This document shows positions 41,576-54,692 of a stretch of 64,000 nucleotides of DNA, piece after piece; positions within the stretch are counted from its first letter, which is position 1; every line of letters begins with the position of its first letter. Location: assembly GCA_965205265.1 (NCBI GenBank), contig CBDBGH010000003.1:5344001-5408000 (forward strand). The letters run 5' to 3'. Origin of the DNA: Alphaproteobacteria bacterium. GTDB taxonomy: Bacteria; Pseudomonadota; Alphaproteobacteria; Bin95. The position numbers were made by a program, and so were the translations under genes. Under the pieces are notes generated by a model. That model ran no database searches. It saw only the letters and a list, made by a program, of their open reading frames with translations, and was not told the DNA's origin.

Positions 41576-43519
41576 CTACTCGGAAAAACGTCACCGTTCG
41601 CCCAGCCGACCGACCCCGCCAGAAGGTCCAGGAAAAATTTTTTGAGGCGGCGGCCCGGAACTCCGGTCGGGCTACGCCCTCCCTCCGTTCCGGGCCGCCG
41701 CCTTCCCCCGTCTCATCCTGATTGTCGCCAGCGTCTCAAGCTGATTGTCGCGCCGCAGTTTTCGGGCGTGACGCCCACGAAGGAGCAGCTCGACGCCGCC
41801 ATGGCCGCCCTCAGGGACCTGAAAGCGGCGCTCACGGGCGCCGAGGATCTGACCGACGACGAAAAGGACCGGTATCAGGCTCAGGCGGACCGTGCGGACG
41901 CTGACGACGGGCAGATCAAGACGGCGCAGGGCCATTACCAGGATCATGTTGTCGAGAACATCGAGGACATCCAGATCGCGGCGGCCATGAAGGCGGTCGA
42001 GATGGTCACTGACACCTCCGACGAAGACACCGTGACGGACGCGCAGGAGGCCATCGACGCCGCCAAGGAGGAGATCAGCGGCGCAAACATCACTGATGCT
42101 CAGAAGGCGACGCTCCTTGCGGCCATTAACATCCATCAGGGTGCGCTCGACCGGGCGAAGCTCTCCCGCACCAGGTACACGGAAAATCAGACCCGCATCG
42201 CCGGCGTCGTCAAGACGATCACGGACACCCAGATCAAGGCGGTCATGGACGCGATCGAGAAGATCACGAACACGTCCGACGACAGCACCGTGACGGACGC
42301 CCAGACCGCCATCGACGCGGCCAAGAAGGCGATCACGGACGCTCAGCTCCCTGACGCCAACAAGGAGACGCTTCGCAGGCAGCTTGACGACCAAGAGACG
42401 GCCTTTAACGAAGCCAAGATAGATCGTGAAGTCGCGATGATCACGGACGGCGAGATCAAGGCGGTCATGGAAGCGATCGGGATGATCACGGCCCTGTCCG
42501 AGGAGAGCACCGTGACCGACGTCGAAGCCGCCATCGCGGCGGCCAGGAAGGCGATCGCGGACGCACAGCTCCCTGACGTCAACAAGGAGGCGCTTCGCGC
42601 GAGGCTCGCCGCGCAGGAGACCGCCTTCGGCGCCGCCAAGATGGACCGCGCGGACGGGGCCAAGAGGGGCAAGGCGCTGCACGCGGCGATGGCCGGCCCT
42701 AAGGCGACGACGGCACCCAATAACGCGCTGACAAATCTCCAGTCCGCCCCGTACTACGTCACCGCACTCGTCGATTCCGGGAATGACCTCGGGACCGGCG
42801 AAGCCATCGGCAGACGGGGTGACTTCCGGATCGATCCCGCAGAGGGCGCGGGGGTGATCCCGGACGGCAATGCGCACAAGGCCGTGTTCTTCAGGCATGT
42901 CGGCAGTGAGCACATCGTCGATGAGGACGACGATCGGTTCGGTCAACCGCACTCCACGGCCCTCCCGAACGTCCCGAAGAAGGGGAAGTACCCGGAGAAC
43001 TTCGATACCGGTGAACATGGCAACGTGGGCACTGAGTGGTACGTCACGGACTTCACCAGGACCACCGGCTCCGGCGACGATCGGGTCACCGACAGGGTCC
43101 GGGTGTACAACGACAAGGTGGGAGGCCCGCTGACGGATACGAGGAGCGGGTACCTTCTCGAGAAGGATCTCGCGACGTACTTCGCGACCAGCGAGAAGCC
43201 GGTGAACGCGGGGGACCTCGACACGGACAAGCGCTCGCTGTCCCTGGGCACCGGGGTCTATAGCGCGACAATCTGGGTGAGAGCCGCGCGTCAATCAGGA
43301 TGAGATTCCCCGGCGGCATCGGCGAGTTGATGATTGTCGCGCGGGGCGCGGATTGCAAGCGGTTTCGGATTTTGATTGTCGCGGCGCGACAAACAAGGTT
43401 TTCGGAGAGCGTTTTGATTGTCGCGGGGGGGCCGTCGGGTCGGAGAAGAGACGGCCCGCGGAGGCGATTCCCGCGGGCCGTGAGTGTTGTGGCCGCTGGG
43501 CCGATCTGGCGGCAGCGGT

Positions 43520-45867
<2,348 letters not shown>

Positions 45868-46970
45868 CTACTCGGAAAAACGTCACCGTTCGCCCAGCCG
45901 ACCGACCCCGCCAGAAGGTCCAGGAAAAATTTTTTGAGGCGGCGGCCCGGAACTCCGGTCGGGCTACGCCCTCCCTCCGTTCCGGGCCGCCGCCTTCCCC
46001 CGTCTCATCCTGATTGTCGCCAGCGTCTCAAGCTGATTGTCGCGCCGCAGGGGTCGACCGGCACCTCGCCGCCCCGGTGTTCGACCGGTCGGGAGCCAAG
46101 ACCTACGATGTGTCTGACGGGAAGTCGGAGCAAGATCCGACCTTGATCAAGATTCCGGGCACCTACATGGGCGCGCCGGGCGACTACTACTGCCCCTCCG
46201 CCAGCACCTGCACGGTCGGGATCGGGGTCGGCGGCTGGTTCCTGAGCGAGGCCTGGTACTTCGTCTACGACGAGGGCGCGAAGGTGCAGGAGAGGGACTT
46301 CGACCATCTCTACTTCGGCTGGTGGATCAGAGAGGATGACGAAGGCGTGCCCGCGGCGGTCAGCGCCTTCTACCGGTCCGTCGGCGGGGACATCGAGCTC
46401 GCCACGGACGGCGGCAGCCTGAACGGCACGGCGCGCTTCGAGGGCCCCGCGGTCGGCGTGTACGCCATCCACGACCCGCTCAACGAGAAGGGCGACGGCG
46501 GCGACTTCACGGCGACGGCCAAGCTCCTGGCCAAGTTCGGGGCCACCAACCTGGTGCCCGAGGCGGGCATGACCGGCACGATCGACGGGTTCCGCCTGGA
46601 CAACGGGTCGGAGCCGAACTGGAGCGTGACGTTGCAGAAGGGCGCCTGGACCACCGGGGCCAGTCGTGAGATCGGGGCGCAGAAAGGCCACACCGACAAG
46701 ACGGCCAAGACGGTCTGGTCGATCAACGGCACCAAGGGGACGCCGGGCGGCAGCTGGGAGGCCTCGCTGTATGACGAGGCGGCCGGCACCATTGCGGATG
46801 GCGGCGACGGCAGCGACAGGCCGAGTTCGGTGCTCGGCAAGTTCTACGCCGAGCACGGCGACACCCATCGGATGGTGGGCGCCTTCGGCGCGAAGATCCA
46901 GCTGGAGGAGTAGCCGAACGGAGCCGGGCTCCCGTTGATGCGGGAGCCCGGCCCGGTTCCCGGTCGTGAC

Positions 46971-47005
46971 AAGGGTGGCGCGCTTCCTGCGCCGCCCTTC
47001 TTTTT
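46971..47005 (+). terminator. Terminator after lipoprotein copy 3
   Basis: AAGGGTGGCGC/GCGCCGCCCTT plus T tract. Confidence 0.7.
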
Positions 47006-47185
47006 CGATCGAGAGCCCGGACAGCAAGCGATGCGACAGACGCGGCCCGCGCGCCGTTCTTCCAGCGGCTTCTCTCCGGGCGAGCGGCGGCGCCCCGAGG
47101 CGGTTCCTGGCCCTTCCCCCCTTTCGATGAGCGTGTCCGGGGCGATGCGGGCCTCCCTCCCGGGCGGCGGGAGACGAGTGACGCG

Positions 47186-48460
47186 ATGAGACCTTTCCGG
47201 TTCCTTGTTCCCGTGCTGGCGGGGCTGTCGGTCCTGCTTGTTGCGGCGCCCGTCGCGCGCCCCGCCCTGGGCCAGGATGCGGCCGACATGCGCTTCCGGG
47301 CCGGGATGGAGGCGCTTGCCGCCGCCGATGCCGCGCCGGACCGGGAAGCCCGCGAGGGCAGGCTCGACGAGGCGGTCGCCGCCTTCCGGGCCATCCTGGT
47401 GGACCGCCCGGAGCTGGTGCGGGTGCGTCTCGAACTCGCCCGCGCCTTCTTCCTGAAGGAGGAGGACACGCTGGCGCGGCGGCATTTCGAGCAGGTGCTG
47501 GCGGGCGACGTGCCCCCGGCGGTCGCCGCCAACATCCGGCGCTTCCTCGACATCATGCGCGCGCGGCGGCGCTGGGAGGCGTGGTTCGGGGCGGCCATCG
47601 TCCCGGACAGCAACCTCAACGCCGCCTCGGGCGAGCGCACGGTCTTCCTCGACACCCCGTACGGCCGGCTGCCCTTCACCCTGGACGATCCCGCGAAGCC
47701 CGAATCCGGCTTCGGCGTCTCCTTCTGGGGCGGCGGCGAATACCAGCATCCGCTGACGGACCGCCTGCGCCTGCGCGCCGGGGCGGATGCCAGCGTCCGG
47801 GAATACAGGGGCGGGGAGTTCGACCGGCATTTCCTCGCCGCCCATGTCGGCCCGCGCTGGCTGATCGACGCCCGCACCGAAGCGAGCCTTCTGGCGACCG
47901 CGGACCGGCAATGGACCGCCGGCCGGCCCGAGACCGACAGCGTCGGCCTGCGCCTCGAAGGCGAGCATCTCCTGACGCCGCGCCTCGCGCTCTTCGCCCG
48001 CGCCGGCGCCGCCCGGCGCAACTGCCGCGGCTGCGACTGGCTCGACGGCCCGGTGGGCGACGTCTCGCTCGGCGCCAGCTGGGCCGCGCTGACCATCCTG
48101 CGCCTCGGCGGCAATGCCGGCTGGAGCTGGGCCCGCGCCAGGGCCGAACACTGGCGCAACAGCGGTCCGCGGGCGAGCCTCGGCGCCACGCTGGCGCTGC
48201 CGGCCGGCTTCACGCTCGGCCTGCGCGCCGCCCTGCAGCGCACCGAATACCAAGGCGGCGGCGCCGCCCACCGCACCATCGACCGCAAGTCGCGCCGGGA
48301 CGAGACGCGGACCCTCTCGGTCTCGGTCCACAACCGCGCCGTGACCGTGCTCGGCTTCAGCCCCCGCCTCTCCCTCATCCGCGAGGAGCGCAAGACCAAC
48401 GCCCAGGCCCTCGACTACCAGCGCAACCGCGCCGAACTCAGCTTCGTGCGCCAGTTCTGA
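47186..48460 (+). CDS. Slam / DUF560 translocon, paralog 2
   Basis: 424 aa; 11 aa differences counted against 12877-14151. Confidence 0.85.
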   Translation: MRPFRFLVPVLAGLSVLLVAAPVARPALGQDAADMRFRAGMEALAAADAAPDREAREGRLDEAVAAFRAILVDRPELVRVRLELARAFFLKEEDTLARRHFEQVLAGDVPPAVAANIRRFLDIMRARRRWEAWFGAAIVPDSNLNAASGERTVFLDTPYGRLPFTLDDPAKPESGFGVSFWGGGEYQHPLTDRLRLRAGADASVREYRGGEFDRHFLAAHVGPRWLIDARTEASLLATADRQWTAGRPETDSVGLRLEGEHLLTPRLALFARAGAARRNCRGCDWLDGPVGDVSLGASWAALTILRLGGNAGWSWARARAEHWRNSGPRASLGATLALPAGFTLGLRAALQRTEYQGGGAAHRTIDRKSRRDETRTLSVSVHNRAVTVLGFSPRLSLIREERKTNAQALDYQRNRAELSFVRQF

Positions 48461-48687
48461 ACGAACCCGGCCGCGGCGCGCCGAAAGGGGCCGAGCGTCC
48501 GGAAAGGGTGGACCCGACCCGCAGGACATGCCACAACGTGTCCTGGACAGGGCCCCGGGCTCGCGGGCAGGAGGACAAGGAAGCGGCAGGCGGGAAGACC
48601 GGAAACCGTTGCAAAACAAGGGTTCCCCGGCAACCTCCCGCAACGCAGACCGGAAGGCGAAAAGGCATCATTGATGCGTCGGGCGTG
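48461..48687 (+). repeat. Module end, second copy, with partial att-like core at 48665-48687
   Basis: Matches 14152-14378 up to GATGCGTCGGGyGTG, then diverges. Confidence 0.85.
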
Positions 48688-49347
48688 CGTGCCCGGCGCG
48701 TGCGCTTCAAGGCCGAGGGCAGCTGGTGGCGCGGCGACAGCAACGCGTTGCTGGGATTCCGCGCCGAGGACGGCCGGCCGGTGGCCCTGCTGCCGGGACT
48801 GTTCGGGCGCTACCGGGAAGTCGACCCCGTCAGCAAGCGCAGCGTCCGGATCACCGGGGAGCGCGCAGGCGCGCTGGCGGAGGAGGCCTGGATGTTCTAC
48901 CGGCCGCTGCCGTCGGGGAACGTCGCGCCGGCGGACCTGCTGCGGGTCGCGCTGCGCGGATCCGGCGCGGATCTGGCGCGGCTGGTAGTCGCCGGGCTTC
49001 CGGGCGGCCTGATCAAGCTGCTGCCGGCGATCGCGCTCGGGTTCGTGGCAAGTCATGTAGCGGCGGGCGGAAGCGCCGGAGCGCTTTATGCCGTGGCCTT
49101 GCTCCTTGCGGGGTTCGGCCTCCTCGGCGCCCTGCTGCATCTGCTTCAGAGCACCGCGATGATGCGGCTCGAGGGGCGCTCGGCATCGCGGGTCGAAGCC
49201 GCCTTCTGGGACCGCCTCATGCGCCTTCCGCCCAGCATCCTGCACCGCCACCCGGCCGGCGATCTGGCCATGTCCGGGATGACATTCCAGAATCTTCGCG
49301 ACGGCCTGCAGGGAATCGTCGCCGACAGCCTGCTGTCGATCGTTTTC
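48673..49347 (+). pseudogene. Internal fragment of an NHLP-type bacteriocin ABC exporter permease/ATPase
   Basis: SGVRARRVRF...WWRGD...GRPVALLP...AWMFYRPLP...AAFWDRLMRLP...AGDLA; no start or normal end. Confidence 0.8.
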
Positions 49348-49547
49348 CGAAGAGGATACTGTCGAAGCGTCAGCTGAAGGAGTTGGTCTTGTATTCGCCT
49401 CAGCACATCCAGCGTCTGGAGAAGGCCGGGACATTCCCCAAGCGGGTCGTACTCGGGCCTAACCGGGTCGGGTGGGTTGAGGAGGAAGTGCTGGACTGGC
49501 TCAACGAGCGGCTGGATCGTCGAGACAATCCCACCAGAGACTCCTGA
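49347..49547 (+). pseudogene. alpA: AlpA-family excisionase/regulator lacking its start codon
   Basis: PKRILSKRQL...HIQRLEKAGTFPKRVVLGPNRVGWVEEEVLDWL. Confidence 0.8.
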
Positions 49548-49556
49548 ACGGGAGTC

Positions 49557-49582
49557 GGGTGACCGGAGTGATCCGGTCACCC
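49557..49582. other. Perfect 11-bp hairpin with GTGA tetraloop
   Basis: GGGTGACCGGA-GTGA-TCCGGTCACCC. Confidence 0.6.
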
Positions 49583-49610
49583 CTTCCCCGGAACCCCAAG
49601 GATACCATGC

Positions 49611-50096
49611 ATGGATCTGTTATTTCGCCGCGAGCAGACATCGGGACGGTTCGCCCGCGTCACCTTCCGACTCTGGAGCAAGATTGAGCTGACCGAAGAG
49701 GAGACGGAGCTTGCGGACCGCTACCGATTCCATGACGCGATCCTCATTGTCACCGAGCAGGAACAGCTGTTGCGGCAGACGGTGAACGTCGGGATAACAG
49801 CGGGGTTAGTCGTCGGCGTCCTCTTCTACCTCTGGCTCGGCCTTCTCGCTGCCGGTGTCATGGCGCTCTTCGCCGGCGCGGGAACGGGCTACCTGTACTT
49901 CACGGAGAAGCGCGAGACCATCTACGTCAAGGACCTCCTGCACGGTCGGCACTTCAGCTGCCGGAGCATCGTTGACATCGCCGAAAAGGAACTACACCTG
50001 AAATCCATCGTCACCACCTTCCGGCAGGTCATGGAAGCCGCCAAGAACTGGGACGGCACCGAACAGATACCGATTGAGCCGACCGGAGACCGGTAG
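49611..50096 (+). CDS. Hypothetical membrane protein
   Basis: Two central hydrophobic segments; abuts the coupling-protein gene. Confidence 0.7.
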   Translation: MDLLFRREQTSGRFARVTFRLWSKIELTEEETELADRYRFHDAILIVTEQEQLLRQTVNVGITAGLVVGVLFYLWLGLLAAGVMALFAGAGTGYLYFTEKRETIYVKDLLHGRHFSCRSIVDIAEKELHLKSIVTTFRQVMEAAKNWDGTEQIPIEPTGDR

Positions 50097-52220
50097 ATGC
50101 CGCTGCATCCCGGCCCCCGACTGCATGCCCTCGTGCATGGACTCTTCCGCGCAAGCGACAAGACGAAGGTCAAACGGGTCCACCGGAATGTGGAGGGACA
50201 CCTTCGTCGGCACGGGCTCTTGGACCGTAGTAGCCGGCATGCCTTCGAGGATGAGATTACCAATGACGTGCTCATCCTGCTCGGCCTTGACCCGGAGAAT
50301 CTTCACGTCCCGCACCTTGTCCGGCTGATCCGCCGGCTCCTGGTCTACGAGGAACTCTTCGAACTCCCGGAGATCGATTGGCAGGAGCGCCGGACCATTG
50401 CCACGTGGTGGCAGCTACGCGACACGCTCAGTGAACGGCTCCCGGCATCCAGGGACGCACCGGATGCCGGCTGGCTTGTCGCCCGAGTCGTTGCCGATGC
50501 CCTTGATCCCGTCATTGCCGCGACCGCCCTCTTCGGCGATCCTGATGAGGACGCGCTGACAGTCACCACGGACCTGGTGCATACCCTCGGTGACGCCGGC
50601 GCCGTCGCGGACCGGATCATCACCGCTTTTACCGATGAGGATGCGGACCGATTTAGTCTCTTCAGCCGGCTCATTGACCGGCTGGAGCGAAACACCGTCG
50701 CTGCCTCCGGCGGTGATCCGGCGAATCCGCAGGCATTCACCCGGCCGCTGAAGCTGCCGAGTGCCTCTGGGATACGCGACAACGCCCGGCTTTTGGAGAC
50801 CTACTTTGCCGGCACGCCGCTTCTTGATTTCTTTGACCGGGAGGCGGACGTTCCCCTGCCGACCGTGACCCGGTTCGAGCACCACCACATCGTCGCCGGT
50901 TCCGGTCACGGCAAGACCCAGACCCTACAATACCTTATCGGCAACGACTTGGACGCCGTTGCCCAAGGGAAGCGATCCGTCATTGTTATCGACAGCCAGG
51001 GCGATCTGATCCGTACCGTTTCCTCCCTTGCCGCGTTTGCTCCGGGCGGATCATTGCATGACCGGCTTGTCCTGATTGACCCGACCGATGTTGAGTACCC
51101 CGTCTCGTTGAATCTGTTCGATGTCGGGATCGACCGTATCTCGTCGTACGAAGCATTAGAGAAAGAACGGCTTACCAATTCTATTCTTGAACTTTACGAC
51201 TTTGTTTTGGGCTCATTACTTGAAGCGGAGATGACGCAGAAGCAGAGCGTTATCTTTCGCTACGTCACCCGATTGATGTTGCGGATACCGGATGCAACGA
51301 TACATACCCTCCGGGAATTGCTTGAACCCGACGGGGCCGAACGGTTCAAGGAACATATATCGTCTTTGACCGGTGTCTCCCGTGCATTTTTCAACACCGA
51401 GTTCTCATCCCGTGAGTTCGAGCAGACCAAACGACAGGTCGTCCGCAGACTCTGGGGCATCCTTGAAAACCGGACGTTCGAGCGTATGTTCTCACACCCC
51501 CGGTCAAAGCTTGACCTGTTCACCGAGATGAACGCCGGCAACGTCATTCTCATCAACACAGCGAAGGACTTACTGAAAGAACAGGGATCCGAGATATTCG
51601 GTCGGTTCTTCATCGCGCTCATCGCCCAGGCGGCACAGGAACGCGCAACGATACCGGAAGAAAACCGCATGCCCACCTTCGTCTACATTGACGAAGCGGC
51701 GGACTACTTTGATGAGAACATCGCCGTCATTCTCTCGCAGGCCCGTAAGTACAATGTGGGGATGGTACTGGCACATCAATATTTATCACAACTTGACGCA
51801 AAACTCCTTGATGCCTTCGCCGCCAACACCGCAATCAAGTTCGCCGGGGGAGTCTCCGCCAAAGATGCCCGCTCCCTTTCCTCCATGCTCTCCTGCGAAC
51901 CGTCGTTCATTGAAGCACAGGGGAAAGGAAGCTTTGCGGCGCACATACGAGGCAGAACCGCACGGGCGATACCCTTGCGGTTTCCGTTCGGGTTTCTGGA
52001 AGAGAGACCCCGTATGTCGGACGAAGACCGTGTGCGTGTGCGAGCCATGATGCGGAAGCGCTATGCCGTGCATTACTCAAAGATCGAGAGGACGGAACCG
52101 ACGGACGAACCGGAGCAACCACCGACACCCGAGCCACGAGGCAGACGAAGGAGACGACGATCTCCACGGAAGCCACCTGACTCCACGAATGACGGCACGG
52201 ACGCCTCGTTCGATCTATGA
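50097..52220 (+). CDS. TraD/VirD4-like coupling ATPase
   Basis: HHHIVAGSGHGKT, VIDSQGD, VYIDEAADY, SQARKY, LAHQYLSQL. Confidence 0.85.
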   Translation: MPLHPGPRLHALVHGLFRASDKTKVKRVHRNVEGHLRRHGLLDRSSRHAFEDEITNDVLILLGLDPENLHVPHLVRLIRRLLVYEELFELPEIDWQERRTIATWWQLRDTLSERLPASRDAPDAGWLVARVVADALDPVIAATALFGDPDEDALTVTTDLVHTLGDAGAVADRIITAFTDEDADRFSLFSRLIDRLERNTVAASGGDPANPQAFTRPLKLPSASGIRDNARLLETYFAGTPLLDFFDREADVPLPTVTRFEHHHIVAGSGHGKTQTLQYLIGNDLDAVAQGKRSVIVIDSQGDLIRTVSSLAAFAPGGSLHDRLVLIDPTDVEYPVSLNLFDVGIDRISSYEALEKERLTNSILELYDFVLGSLLEAEMTQKQSVIFRYVTRLMLRIPDATIHTLRELLEPDGAERFKEHISSLTGVSRAFFNTEFSSREFEQTKRQVVRRLWGILENRTFERMFSHPRSKLDLFTEMNAGNVILINTAKDLLKEQGSEIFGRFFIALIAQAAQERATIPEENRMPTFVYIDEAADYFDENIAVILSQARKYNVGMVLAHQYLSQLDAKLLDAFAANTAIKFAGGVSAKDARSLSSMLSCEPSFIEAQGKGSFAAHIRGRTARAIPLRFPFGFLEERPRMSDEDRVRVRAMMRKRYAVHYSKIERTEPTDEPEQPPTPEPRGRRRRRRSPRKPPDSTNDGTDASFDL

Positions 52221-53179
52221 CGGCGTACGACCGGATCGGGCGGCGCAAGCGGACAACGAGAACATCGACCGGCAAGCGCATCATTCTTCAGGAACGGGAC
52301 TTGTTGTGGTTCCGGACACTCAGGGAACACGGACCGTTGCCTTCGTCGTACCTTCTCTCCTTTTGCAAACGGACGCATGCGAGCGATACACGCTCCCTTG
52401 AACGGCTGACCGATCTGTTCAATGAAGAGGACACGAAACACGGCGGCGCCTACCTCTCCCGTCCCGTCCAGCAGTTCCACACCCTGGACAGCCGGTACAA
52501 CCAATTGGTGTACGATCTGACGCCGGCGGCGCACCGGGCACTGGCGGATGCCGGCGACACCGACAGTCCGTCTGTCCGGTCGGGACCGTGGCTGCATTCC
52601 TTCATGGTTGCCTGCATCACCGCCTCGGTTGCCCTTGCGGTCGCGGAGAGACCCGACCTCTCGTTCCTGAACCAGTCAAGATTGCTTGCGCGATCCGGCG
52701 CCGAACTCCGGTATCCGGTGCGGATCGCTGATCCAGCAGGAGGTGAGAGCAAACGGAAGGACCTCATCCCGGATGCCCTGTTCGGTCTTGCCTACCGGAG
52801 CGAAGAGGGTACCCGGTACCGCTGCTTTCTGGTGGAGGCAGACCGGTCAACCGAACCGGCAGTCTCCGGGAACTTCAACCGGAAGTCCTGGGAGCGCAGC
52901 TTCCGGCAGTACGAGGCGTACATCGGCAGCGGCCTCTACCGCGAGCACCTTGCCCTGAGGGCCCCGCTGCTTCTGCTTACCGTCGTCACCGACACCCGGC
53001 GGCTGATGCAGCTGCTGCACCTTGTCGAAGACCTTGACCTCTCCATTCGACCGCAAGTGCTCCTGCAGCCCTGGGGGGCGTTCAGCACCCCCTTCTCTCC
53101 GCCCACGCCGAACCCTGCGCTGCTTGGCGCTCCCTGGCTGCGTGCCGGGTTGCCCGCGTTCAGGATTGATGGGGTGTAG
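52217..53179 (+). CDS. Replication-relaxation family protein
   Basis: ILQERD HTH start, WLHSFMVA, LIPDALF, FLVEADRSTE; ATGA overlap with the coupling-protein gene. Confidence 0.8.
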   Translation: MTAYDRIGRRKRTTRTSTGKRIILQERDLLWFRTLREHGPLPSSYLLSFCKRTHASDTRSLERLTDLFNEEDTKHGGAYLSRPVQQFHTLDSRYNQLVYDLTPAAHRALADAGDTDSPSVRSGPWLHSFMVACITASVALAVAERPDLSFLNQSRLLARSGAELRYPVRIADPAGGESKRKDLIPDALFGLAYRSEEGTRYRCFLVEADRSTEPAVSGNFNRKSWERSFRQYEAYIGSGLYREHLALRAPLLLLTVVTDTRRLMQLLHLVEDLDLSIRPQVLLQPWGAFSTPFSPPTPNPALLGAPWLRAGLPAFRIDGV

Positions 53180-53362
53180 CAGCGGGGTTGCCGGCGTGCG
53201 CTGGCGCATGCAGTCTGTACGCGCGGCGGTTCCGTGTATCTGGATAGGTAAGATGGGTCGCTCCCTGCACTGTAGAGCCGGGTCGCACCCGGTCGGCCAA
53301 TGAGCGGGGCCGTCGCACGTGTTCGGGAGATACTGGTATTCTCTGATTTCAGGAACATACCC

Positions 53363-53863
53363 ATGGAAGCAATTGTTCAGCACTCAGTAGATCGTGCCAC
53401 TGACGAAGCCATACGGCTCTGGTCGATGGCCAATGCTCAGTATCCCTCCACATGGGAGCCGGATATTCGTGTCCGGCTTGCACATATGATTATTGAGCGT
53501 GCGAGCATATTCGCGCTCAACGCCCGCCGTGCCATGGAGGGTTTATCTGACAAACGGCAATTCAAACTCAATCAATCGTGGTACGACTGGAAGCCGATAG
53601 CCAAGGGCGATATTGTGGAGGATTTTGTTGAGGCTTTGAATCGTATAATCCACGCGAGGGTGTTGAAGGTTGGTTATGAGAATGTTAGCAACAGCACCAT
53701 CTTGGGCGGTGCGTTAGTAATCCCCTGCCTGCAAGCCGAGACTGACAGACAAACAGTGGCGTTCATTGACATATTCTCACTTGCTCATTGTTTTCTGTAC
53801 CACGTGCTCCCGAAACTGTTTTCTCCACAGGCACACGCGCTCACGATTCTGCCTGTTCGATAA
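53363..53863 (+). CDS. Lower-GC hypothetical protein
   Basis: Clean ORF MEAIVQHS...ALNRIIHAR. Confidence 0.65.
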   Translation: MEAIVQHSVDRATDEAIRLWSMANAQYPSTWEPDIRVRLAHMIIERASIFALNARRAMEGLSDKRQFKLNQSWYDWKPIAKGDIVEDFVEALNRIIHARVLKVGYENVSNSTILGGALVIPCLQAETDRQTVAFIDIFSLAHCFLYHVLPKLFSPQAHALTILPVR

Positions 53864-53887
53864 TTCAACATATATCTGGAACTGTAC

Positions 53888-54475
53888 TCACGAACCGGCG
53901 TCCACCCACAAATCCCCGAGACTGAACGCTACGGCATCAAACGGCGGAAGCGACACGGACGCGTTGCCGGTCAGGGTTTCAAGCAGCACCCAGCGGTCAT
54001 CGCTCAGCTGGAAGACTTCAAGCGTCCGGGCATCGGGATCAACGAACCAGAGGTGGCCGACGCCTTCTCTGGCATAGATGGTCCGTTTCTGCCCCTGGTC
54101 GAGCGCCCGAGTTGACGGGGAGAGCACCTCGCAGACCCAATCGGGTGCCAGGGAGAAGTAAGCGGTTCCCGGGAATACCGGCATCCGTTCCCTGCGCCAG
54201 CCGGCAAGATCGGGAACGACAATGTCGTCGCCAAGGTGCAGCTCGGGTTCATCGATGATCCACCAGCCGCCCGGTCCTCCCCGGCCGTAATCGAAGGGCG
54301 GCGCGATGCTTGCCCCGAGTCCGGAGCTCGCCCGCGCATGCCTCGGTGCCGGTCTGGGGCTCGTATGCAGGATGCCTTCAACGACCTCGGCGACCTTGTG
54401 CCGTGGCGCCCGGAGCACGTCCTCGTACGTTGCCCGTCTCGGTCGTGCTTTTGTCTGTACGCGCAGTGCTGTCAC
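53888..54475 (-). CDS. Uma2 family endonuclease
   Basis: AEVVEG, EPEL, VPDLAGW, APDWVCEVLSPST, HLWFVDP; GTG start after AAGGGA. Confidence 0.92.
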   Translation of the reverse strand: MTALRVQTKARPRRATYEDVLRAPRHKVAEVVEGILHTSPRPAPRHARASSGLGASIAPPFDYGRGGPGGWWIIDEPELHLGDDIVVPDLAGWRRERMPVFPGTAYFSLAPDWVCEVLSPSTRALDQGQKRTIYAREGVGHLWFVDPDARTLEVFQLSDDRWVLLETLTGNASVSLPPFDAVAFSLGDLWVDAGS

Positions 54476-54692
54476 TCCCTTGTCTCTCACGGTTAGGTAT
54501 GCCAGCCTTATCGTGCAGTCAATCGCAGGTCTCCCGCTCTGTCGGGTCGCCTGCCGAATACAAGAGCCATGACCTGACAGCGGGGTCGCTCCCCGTTGTG
54601 CGGCGAATAGGTGGGGCATCTACGTACCTGTGGATTGACTGCAACGACCCGGCACCAGCCGGCGTGTGTCCGTTGCCTATGGAGCAGATCGC

